From positions 1 through 31,729 of the IMG/VR virus record IMGVR_UViG_3300025035_000073: a stretch of DNA of 31,729 nucleotides; one strand, given 5' to 3'. This document shows, one piece after another, positions 24,434 through 31,729 of this stretch. The position numbers and the translations under genes were made by a program. Position 1 is the stretch's first letter, and every line of letters begins with the position of its first letter. Origin of the DNA: a virus (lineage: Duplodnaviria > Caudoviricetes). The notes beneath the pieces were generated by a model. That model searched no databases. It had not been told where the DNA came from and saw only the letters and a program-made list of their open reading frames with translations.

Positions 24434-24873
24434 ACGAACTCATCACCAATTACTTTGAAGCGGAAGAGTCCATTGTGGCGCGTCTGCAACAAGAGATGCC
24501 TGAGCTCAAGTCAGTGCTGACTCCGTTCAGCATTGGGGACATGGTGGAGTCATCTCAGCCCTCCCCGGCTGTCCACGTCATTTATGGCGGTGACGCGGTG
24601 AGCGGCAATGAGGCCGGTTCTGGAACCCGGCGCACTATCGACCAACGCTGGTTGATTGTGTTGGCGGTGCGCACACCCAAGGCGCAGCTTCAGAACACAA
24701 CCGAAATCAGAACGCTTGCGGGTGAGTTGATCCCGAAAGTGCTCCGGTCGTTGCAGGGATGGGCTCCTGTGACGTGGATGCGGCCTTTGGGTCGTGTGAG
24801 TGGCCCGGCAGCGGGGTACTCCTCGTCTTTCGCCTATTTCCCCTTCATGTTTGAAGGTCGTATCATTACCTGA
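24430..24873 (+). CDS. Putative tail terminator (Mu gp37-like)
   Basis: Position before the tail tube gene; PAVHV.Y.GD, Q.W.IVLAVR, L.GW.P. Confidence 0.7.
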   Translation: MNELITNYFEAEESIVARLQQEMPELKSVLTPFSIGDMVESSQPSPAVHVIYGGDAVSGNEAGSGTRRTIDQRWLIVLAVRTPKAQLQNTTEIRTLAGELIPKVLRSLQGWAPVTWMRPLGRVSGPAAGYSSSFAYFPFMFEGRIIT

Positions 24874-24888
24874 AAGGAAACCCAAGTC

Positions 24889-25635
24889 ATGTACTTCTCT
24901 GGACAAGGCAAAGTGTTTGTGGCTCCGTTGGTCAACGGTCTGCCTGGCGAATTCCGCTGGGTGGGCGACGTGCCTGACTTCAAGCCCTCGTTCGACACTA
25001 ACAAAATCGAACACAAGGAAAGCTACACCGGCCAGCGTCTGCTGGACAAGGTGATCACCACTGAAAACAAGGCCAAGGTATCGGCTGAGTTGGATGACTG
25101 GAGCAAGGAAAACTTGGCTCTGGCAGTGCGCGGCAAAACCAACACCATTGCCTCTGGCACGGTGACTGCGGTTGCGCCTGACACGTCTCCTGCTGCGCTG
25201 GTTGCGGGCTCCATCTGGGCGCTCAAGCACCAGAAGGTCAGCGCTGTGGTCATCAAGGACAGCAGCGGTGCGCCCGTCACGGTTGACTCCGCCGACTACA
25301 CGGTGGACGCGGACTTTGGCACGGTGACCACCCTGGACGTGACCGGTTACACCCTGCCCCTCAAGGCCGAGTACAGCTTCGCGTCTGTGGACAACATCGC
25401 CTTCTTCACCCAGCCGATTGCTGAAGTCACCATCCGCTTTGAAGGCGTGAACACGGCTGACAACAACAAGAAGGTGTTGGCTGAAATCTACCGCGTGGCG
25501 CTTGACCCCACCAAGGACTTGGGGCTCATCTCCAATGACTTGGGCAAGTTCCAACTGGAAGGCAACGCTCTGGTCGACCCCACCAAGCCCGATGACCTCG
25601 TGTTTGGCCGCTTCGGTCGTCTGGTGTACCTGTAA
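24889..25635 (+). CDS. Major tail tube protein
   Basis: YFSGQGKV, EHKESYTGQR, ENLALA, RFEGVNTAD; followed by a terminator. Confidence 0.85.
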   Translation: MYFSGQGKVFVAPLVNGLPGEFRWVGDVPDFKPSFDTNKIEHKESYTGQRLLDKVITTENKAKVSAELDDWSKENLALAVRGKTNTIASGTVTAVAPDTSPAALVAGSIWALKHQKVSAVVIKDSSGAPVTVDSADYTVDADFGTVTTLDVTGYTLPLKAEYSFASVDNIAFFTQPIAEVTIRFEGVNTADNNKKVLAEIYRVALDPTKDLGLISNDLGKFQLEGNALVDPTKPDDLVFGRFGRLVYL

Positions 25636-25653
25636 TCAACGCACACGCCAGCT

Positions 25654-25691
25654 AGACGACCTGGCGTGGGTAACTGCGCCAGGTCGTTTTT
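25654..25691 (+). terminator. Intrinsic terminator after the tail tube gene, with a competing upstream hairpin
   Basis: acgacctggcg/cgccaggtcgt stem plus ttttt. Confidence 0.85.
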
Positions 25692-25704
25692 GGAGATAAA
25701 CAAA

Positions 25705-26205
25705 ATGGAACAAGACAAGCAACTTGAGCAGATGGGCGGTTTTGAAGCCCGTTTGACGGTACGCGGGCACGAGATTGTCGTGCGCGAAGTGACCATGAAG
25801 AACCTGCGGGAGTTTGCTGCGGCTTGCTCCCCGTTCCTCAGCGCGTTTGACGAGGCCGGTGAACTGGCAGCCAAGCCGGACGCTCCCCAGGACGATTTTG
25901 CGTTGTTCAAGGTGCTGGCTGAGAATGGCCCAGCGTTCATGAAGGCGGCTGCCCTCGTGACCAACGCCAACGTGGAATTCTACGAGAAGCTGCGCCCTGA
26001 TGAGTTCTTTGCGGTGGCCGCCAAGGTAGTGGAAGTGAACGGCGATTTTTTCGTCCGCGCCCTAGCCCCGGCACTGATTCGGTTCGCAAAGGGCGTGAGC
26101 ACAATTGGTACGATTCTGTCCAACGGCTTGTCGCCGCAGGGCATCGAGTCGATGATGTCCTCAATTACGGCTATGGCGCCTTCCACGGCTTCATCCGGGC
26201 AGTGA
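25705..26205 (+). CDS. Tail assembly chaperone (G-like)
   Basis: Lies between tail tube and tape measure; GGAG RBS; contains EVNGDFF. Confidence 0.8.
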   Translation: MEQDKQLEQMGGFEARLTVRGHEIVVREVTMKNLREFAAACSPFLSAFDEAGELAAKPDAPQDDFALFKVLAENGPAFMKAAALVTNANVEFYEKLRPDEFFAVAAKVVEVNGDFFVRALAPALIRFAKGVSTIGTILSNGLSPQGIESMMSSITAMAPSTASSGQ

Positions 26206-26321
26206 CGAGGGAGGAGTCGCGGATGTTCAAGGTGTTGGCCACTGTGGTGCGGGTTGCGGCGGCTGACGACAACAAGCGGTTTGATGAAGTGTGGAAGGAG
26301 TTGAGTCGTGGCGAACGGTAA
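26046..26321 (+). CDS. -1 frameshift extension of the tail assembly chaperone (GT-like)
   Basis: Slippery T TTT TTC at 26046-26052; -1 frame open to TAA 26319-26321 (WYDSVQRLVAAGH...WKELSRGER). Confidence 0.75.
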   Translation, partial: FFRPRPSPGTDSVRKGREHNWYDSVQRLVAAGHRVDDVLNYGYGAFHGFIRAVTREESRMFKVLATVVRVAAADDNKRFDEVWKELSRGER

Positions 26322-29300
26322 CATGAAATTCTCTGTAGTGCTGGAGGCGGTCACAGCCGCTTTCAACACGGCCATGAACCAGGCCAAGACCACCTACACC
26401 GCAGCAACCGCTTCTGTCAAGAAGGACTCCGCTGATTTGTCGTCTGCCACAGCAGCAGCCGCTGTGGACTTGAAGAAAGTGTTCCAAGCCGGTGACGCAC
26501 GCGCCATCACGGAGGCTTTGAAGTCCACCACCAAGGAGTTGGACAGCCTGAAGGGCGGAGCCACTCTGAGCGCCAACGAGTTGAAGCGGGTAGGTACGGC
26601 GGGCAAACAGGCCATGAGTGAGCTCAAGGCCGAACTGACTCAGGCACGCGCAGAGTTGCAAGCGTTGACCACGGCCAAGGCTACCCCCACTGACATTGAG
26701 AACGCACGCAAGAAGGTGTCGGGGCTTGTGCGGGAAGTGGGTGATGCCGGGGTGTCCTATCAACGGTTTCAAGCCTCAGCCTCAGCAGCTATGGGGCGTG
26801 CAGCTACCGCTACGCAGGAGGCTTCTGACAAGGCCAAGTCTGCTGGCAAGGCCATTTACGACTCTCTCAACATCAAGACAGGCGGCACGCTACGCCAAGA
26901 GATAGCCCAGATCACTCAACAACTCAGCGAGTTCAAGAGCAAGGCCGGAGCACCCGCTGAGGAAGTCAACCGTGTCACCAAGGCGGCAGAAGCGCGGGTT
27001 GCTGCGCTCAAGAATGAACTGAGGGGTGTGGGCCCATTCGCTGAAGGTGCGGCCACCAGCATTCGCGACATGGGGTCTTCCTTGCTGGGCTTGGCGGGTG
27101 TCACCGCTGGCTTGGCCGCGGTAGCTCAGGGCTTGAAGGCGATTGTAGACACCACCATTCAGTTTCAGTCTGTCAACAAGCAGTTGGAGTACGCGGTAGG
27201 CAACGCGCAACGGGCGGGTGAGGAGTTTGAGTTCGTCAAGAAGACGGCCAACAGCCTCGGTTTGGACTTGTTGAGTGCGGCGGAAGGCTACGCCAAGTTG
27301 GCGGCTGCCACCAAGGGTACTACACTGGAAGGCAAGGGCACGCGGGACATTTTCCTCGGGGTGAGCCAAGCGGCTGCCACCATGGGCTTGAGCGTAGCGG
27401 ACGCCAACGGGGTGTTCTTGGCTTTGAGCCAGATTGCCGGCAAGGGCAAGGTCAGCATGGAAGAGTTGCGCGGCCAGTTGGGCGAACGCCTACCTCCCGC
27501 AATGAAGATTGCCGCTGACAGCATGGGTGTGACGGTGCAGCGCCTCAACCAACTGGTTGAGAACGGCCTGGACGCCGAGGAGTTCCTGGCAGCGTTTGGC
27601 CCAGCGTTGCAAAAGGCGTTTGCGGCAGACGCGGCCAAGAACGCAGAAACGCTCCAGGGTCGTATCAACCTGTTGCGTAATGAATTCAAGGGTCTGTTGA
27701 ACGACTTGGGCAACGGCGGGGTGGCAGACAGCGCGGTGCGCGTGTTCAAGGACTTGACGGACGCCATCAGCACGGTACACGCCAAGTTGCAGGACTTGGA
27801 CCCGCGCACGGTGGACGCGGTCAAGGCGGCATTCGACAACCTGTACAGCATCGTTGAGCAGGTGTTCACCACCTTGTTCAGCGCGGTGGCGGACGCCTCC
27901 GGAGCGTTGGACTCCATGATGCAACTGATCACGGGTGTGGTCAGCGCGTTCACCGGGTTCAGCGACGCCGGGGATCATGTCAGCTTCCTGACCAGCATTC
28001 TGCAGGGTGTGAGCATCACCCTGGGCACCATCAGCGACGGGGTGTACGCTATCCGCATCGCGTTCACCGCAGCCACCGGTGTGGTGCAGTCGTTCTTTGC
28101 TGCTATTGCTTTGGGGCTGAGCAAGGTCACGTTTGGGGATGTGAGCAAGGAGTTGAAGGACTTTGCCTCCCGGTTGAGTGAGGCAGGGCAGAAGTCCTTC
28201 TCCAAGGCCGATGAAATGGCTCAGAAGTTCCAGTCCCAGACCGTAGCGGCCATGGACAGGGCGGTTCAATCCAGTGAAGCAGCTGCCCAGAAGTCCGCAG
28301 ACGCTCATGAGAAGGCCGGCAAACGTGCCGCCGATGCGCAAGGTTCTGTCGGAGATGCTGCCGTTGCAGCCGGGGCAAAGGTGGGTACAGCAGCCCAAGG
28401 TGCGGCGCAGCAGTTGCAGTATATCGGTGACAAGGCCCAGGGGGTCAGCGCCACTCTGCAAACTGCGGGCGCTCAAGGTGCTGCCGGGTTGAACGCGGTG
28501 GGGGACGCTGCCGTGGCTGCCAAGCAGAAGATTGACATCTTCGCTGGCGCAGGTGGTACGGCCATCATCAACACGGCCAACGCGGTCAACGAGGTGAAGG
28601 AGGCATTCACCGACCTGGCCAAGGACGTGGGCGTGCAACTGCCAGCCGCCGCCAACACGGTCACTGAGCTTGGCCTGGCCATGGGCACGGTCGCGGCCAA
28701 GAGCAAGGAGACGGCAGCCTCGATCGCCAAGGAGCTGCCTGACGCTGTGGCTAAGCTGAACGCCGTGCAGCTGGCCGAGTTCAAGAACTCCTTCATCGGC
28801 GGCTTGGAGCAGGCTGGTGCTTCCGCCGAGTACGTCAAGGCGCGGATCATCGACCTGGCTGCCGCCTCAGCGAAGTCGCTCGGCGTCGACCTGGGCAACT
28901 CGCTAAAAGGTCTCACGCAGCGATTCCAAGATGCTGAGAAGGCGTTGCTCGCACTGGCTGCTGACTTCGACAAGCTCAAGGCTGCTGGTGTGGACGCATC
29001 CAAGCTGCTGGCCAACGGCCTGACCGCGATGCTGGCCAAGGCCAAGAACCCGGTCGAGGTGCAGGAGCTGATTAAGTTGTGGCAGCAACTCGGCAACGAG
29101 GGCAAGATCACGGGCAAGGCGCTGGTCGATGGGCTGGACCAAGCCAAGGCCAAGCTGGATGAGCTCAAGCCCGGCATCAACAGAGTGGCGGAAGCGTTCA
29201 AGACCTTCGGGTTGCAGACGCGGGAAGAGGCCACCAAGCTGGCCAACAACTACCGGGAGGCGTTCAGCGTCATTGAGTCGTCTGGCCAAGCCACCGCGGA

Positions 29301-30147
29301 GCAGTTGCAGGAGGCTTTCAAGAAGTACGCAGAGGCCGCAATTGCCGCCAACGGCAGGGTCAGCAACAGCTACTTGGACTCCAAGGCGGCTGCTCTAGGC
29401 ATGCAGATTCAGGTGGGTGAGGCCGATAAGGTCACGGTGTCTGCTATGGGCGCAGCAACAGCATCCACCCAGAACTTGGCAGCAGGGTTCCGGTCTGCAG
29501 GGGACGCAGCCGTGGAATCCTCCGGGCGTGCCACAGCCGCCTTGGAGCGTCAGGTTGCCGCTCAGGAGAAATCCATTGAGGTAGCCAAGCGCCAGCAGGC
29601 TTTGGAGAATCAACGCCGGGGCGTGGATGACCAAGGTTTCAGCGCAGACAAGAACGGCAACCGCATCGTGATGCAGAATGAGTTGGGCACACGCGCCGGC
29701 ATCATCAACTTCCTGCGCGCATCAGGCGTGGATGACATGGAGGCGGCCAAGCGCATTGCCAACGAGTTTGCTGACAGCCAGGGGAACATTCCGTACTTCA
29801 ACAACCCCGGCCAACGCAAGTACAACGCAGGCACGTTGAGCATGGCGGTGCTGAAGGCGGCGGAGGCGTACATCTACGGAGAAGGTTCTCAGTCCGCCAA
29901 GTTGAACACAGGCGGGGGCAACAACTCCAGTTCATCCAGTAGCTCCTCCAGCAGTTCATCACGCATCACAGCACCGTCGTCTGGCCACAAGACTTCCAGT
30001 TCCAGCGGCAGCAGTTCCAGCTCAACCAGTGGTCGTTCTGTCAACGTGAATTTCAACCTGGGGGGGCAGTCCGTTCAAGGTAAAATCGACGCCAACGACG
30101 AGACTGCCTTCTTGGGCATCTTGCAACGCGCGAAAGGAGTATCATGA
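26308..30147 (+). CDS. Tape measure protein
   Basis: 1279 aa, Ala-rich and helical; tape-measure motif LSQIAGKGKVSMEELRGQLGERLP. Confidence 0.93.
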   Translation: MANGNMKFSVVLEAVTAAFNTAMNQAKTTYTAATASVKKDSADLSSATAAAAVDLKKVFQAGDARAITEALKSTTKELDSLKGGATLSANELKRVGTAGKQAMSELKAELTQARAELQALTTAKATPTDIENARKKVSGLVREVGDAGVSYQRFQASASAAMGRAATATQEASDKAKSAGKAIYDSLNIKTGGTLRQEIAQITQQLSEFKSKAGAPAEEVNRVTKAAEARVAALKNELRGVGPFAEGAATSIRDMGSSLLGLAGVTAGLAAVAQGLKAIVDTTIQFQSVNKQLEYAVGNAQRAGEEFEFVKKTANSLGLDLLSAAEGYAKLAAATKGTTLEGKGTRDIFLGVSQAAATMGLSVADANGVFLALSQIAGKGKVSMEELRGQLGERLPPAMKIAADSMGVTVQRLNQLVENGLDAEEFLAAFGPALQKAFAADAAKNAETLQGRINLLRNEFKGLLNDLGNGGVADSAVRVFKDLTDAISTVHAKLQDLDPRTVDAVKAAFDNLYSIVEQVFTTLFSAVADASGALDSMMQLITGVVSAFTGFSDAGDHVSFLTSILQGVSITLGTISDGVYAIRIAFTAATGVVQSFFAAIALGLSKVTFGDVSKELKDFASRLSEAGQKSFSKADEMAQKFQSQTVAAMDRAVQSSEAAAQKSADAHEKAGKRAADAQGSVGDAAVAAGAKVGTAAQGAAQQLQYIGDKAQGVSATLQTAGAQGAAGLNAVGDAAVAAKQKIDIFAGAGGTAIINTANAVNEVKEAFTDLAKDVGVQLPAAANTVTELGLAMGTVAAKSKETAASIAKELPDAVAKLNAVQLAEFKNSFIGGLEQAGASAEYVKARIIDLAAASAKSLGVDLGNSLKGLTQRFQDAEKALLALAADFDKLKAAGVDASKLLANGLTAMLAKAKNPVEVQELIKLWQQLGNEGKITGKALVDGLDQAKAKLDELKPGINRVAEAFKTFGLQTREEATKLANNYREAFSVIESSGQATAEQLQEAFKKYAEAAIAANGRVSNSYLDSKAAALGMQIQVGEADKVTVSAMGAATASTQNLAAGFRSAGDAAVESSGRATAALERQVAAQEKSIEVAKRQQALENQRRGVDDQGFSADKNGNRIVMQNELGTRAGIINFLRASGVDDMEAAKRIANEFADSQGNIPYFNNPGQRKYNAGTLSMAVLKAAEAYIYGEGSQSAKLNTGGGNNSSSSSSSSSSSSRITAPSSGHKTSSSSGSSSSSTSGRSVNVNFNLGGQSVQGKIDANDETAFLGILQRAKGVS

Positions 30148-30554
30148 GACTCATTGATCAGGTCACCTTCCAGGAGTTGGCTTTGCCCAACGACCTGCTG
30201 TGGACGGATGAGTTCCAATGGACTCCCGTTCAAGCCACCAACACGTACACCTTGACCGGGGCGCTTATCATTGAGCAGGGTGTGCGTCAGGCCGGACGCC
30301 CCATCACCTTGGCGGCAGACCCTGACATGGCTTGGGTGACGCGGGCAACGGTGCAGAAGCTGCGGGACTGGTCTGCCATCGCCGGGCGCAAGTTCAAACT
30401 CGTGTTGGAGTACGCCACTGACGTGCGTCAGTTCATCGTGGTGTTCCGTCACGAGGGCGACCCCGTAGGCGCAGCCCCGGTCAAAGGGTTCCCCGGTCAC
30501 GCCAACGGTGATTGGTTCCGTGTTTCACTCAAATTTATCGAGGTGCCTGTATGA
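30144..30554 (+). CDS. Minor tail protein (distal-tail-like)
   Basis: LPNDLLWTDEFQW...TLTGAL...GRPITL; directly follows the tape measure gene. Confidence 0.75.
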   Translation: MRLIDQVTFQELALPNDLLWTDEFQWTPVQATNTYTLTGALIIEQGVRQAGRPITLAADPDMAWVTRATVQKLRDWSAIAGRKFKLVLEYATDVRQFIVVFRHEGDPVGAAPVKGFPGHANGDWFRVSLKFIEVPV

Positions 30555-31729
30555 GCATTCAAACCGGGGACATCAAACTCCTCAAGTCCCAAGTCCTGCT
30601 GGACACAACCGACGGCGGTGGCTCCATGACCTCCAACGAGGTGGTGGACGGCCTGAGCAACAACCTGTTCGCCGATATCTCTGAGCTTGACCGTTCCTAT
30701 GGGCGCGTGTCTTTGCGCAAGGCGTATGCAGCGGTGGTCACCACGAACGTGGACAGCTACTACGGCTCTCACGCCATCATCAGCCGCGTGCCGGATGACC
30801 CTCGTGTCAGCGTGAGCCTGTTCAGCACCAAGGCCTGGTTCGATCGTCGCACACAAGCTCGCGACAAGATCGAGCGCTACCTGGCGCGGGGGCCCAAGTG
30901 GGCTGGCCACTTGCTTGAGATGCAGCTGGAAGGTCAACGGGCCATTCAGTTGGCGGTGCGCCTTAACGACGAAGAACCCAAAGTCGGCCAAGGTCTGAAC
31001 CTGGTTCAATTCGAGGGTCTGCCCACCGAATATGAGCAATATGTGCGTGTGACCAAGGTCACGTCACAGGAGCGCACGTTCACCGTCCAGGGCAAGGACG
31101 TTGTGCGCAAGGTGCTCACCGTGGAAATCAGTGACCCGCTCCGCTTCAACTTTGAGGGTCCAACCGTGGAGCAGTTTGAGACCGGCAACTTGGGCAAGGC
31201 GGTTTGCCGCGACACTCGGGTGGCCAACGCGGCTACCTACTACGGGGCGGTGAAGCTGACCAACGCGGCTGTGATTAACGACGCCTCCATTCAGGCTGAC
31301 AGCATCTTCACGCAGCTGGTGCCGTCTGCTCAGTCTGAAACACCGATGGTGGACTTGGCCGCAGCCAGCCTCAGCAGCTTGTACGTGCCGGGCAATGACG
31401 GGTTGATCAGCGCCAGCGTGAACGCTCCTATTGGGCCAAATATCAAGTTGTACATCGGCAACTCGGTTGTGCCCGGTACGTTGAGCCTGACTGCAGGCGG
31501 CAACACGATTGTGGACAACGCCGGTGACTTGAAGTCCGGCTCTACCATCGTGGGCTTCATTGAGTACGACAAAGGTCTGCTCAACTTCACCGCCAACTCT
31601 TCCTCCTACAGCGGGTCTATGCCGCTCACGTTCAAGCCTGCAGCCGTACCCAGCCGCGTGGCGGACACAGCTTCTATCAGCATCGTGCAAGACACGCGGG
31701 GCTACAATTACACCATCACACTCCTGCCC
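30551..31729 (+). CDS. Large tail-tip/baseplate structural protein, partial
   Basis: ATGA-coupled; MSIQTGDIKLLKSQ...DGGG...NNLFADISELDR.YGRVSLRK; runs off the window. Confidence 0.8.
   Translation, partial: MSIQTGDIKLLKSQVLLDTTDGGGSMTSNEVVDGLSNNLFADISELDRSYGRVSLRKAYAAVVTTNVDSYYGSHAIISRVPDDPRVSVSLFSTKAWFDRRTQARDKIERYLARGPKWAGHLLEMQLEGQRAIQLAVRLNDEEPKVGQGLNLVQFEGLPTEYEQYVRVTKVTSQERTFTVQGKDVVRKVLTVEISDPLRFNFEGPTVEQFETGNLGKAVCRDTRVANAATYYGAVKLTNAAVINDASIQADSIFTQLVPSAQSETPMVDLAAASLSSLYVPGNDGLISASVNAPIGPNIKLYIGNSVVPGTLSLTAGGNTIVDNAGDLKSGSTIVGFIEYDKGLLNFTANSSSYSGSMPLTFKPAAVPSRVADTASISIVQDTRGYNYTITLLP

Noticed and set aside
18321-28638. Long minus-strand ORFs (317, 280, 307, 366, 334 and 382 aa) antisense to structural genes
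   Set aside because: They mirror real genes and have the composition typical of antisense frames.

Overview
A 31.7-kb segment of a tailed dsDNA phage genome (siphovirus-type tail genes, GC-rich, probably a proteobacterial host), organised as two divergent arms. The left arm (minus strand, 1-15.4 kb) carries early and replication genes: SNF2 helicase, VRR-NUC nuclease, GNAT acetyltransferase, 3'-5' exonuclease, Cas4-like nuclease, family A DNA polymerase, an SSB-like protein with a KPAA tail, ATP-dependent ligase, dCTP deaminase, an internally deleted class II ribonucleotide reductase, a J-domain protein, primase-helicase and a catalytically degenerate HNH protein. A ~0.7-kb non-coding hub separates the arms. 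The right arm (plus strand, 16.2 kb to the end) encodes terminase, a Mu-like head, neck, tail tube, a frameshifting tail chaperone, tape measure and tail-tip proteins. No integrase, transposase, tRNA, CRISPR array or endolysin is visible. The main highlights are: (i) a 116-aa mini-NrdJ whose deletion junction recreates a C-terminal CX4C redox tail; (ii) a duplicated promoter with 17-bp quasi-palindromic operators, plus a nuclease-dead HNH protein as candidate regulator; (iii) a terminator/anti-terminator pair after the tail tube gene; (iv) a structured primase leader RNA; (v) histone-like Lys-rich tails alongside a phage GNAT; (vi) several decay or frameshift lesions. All product calls come from reading motifs by eye; no searches were run.
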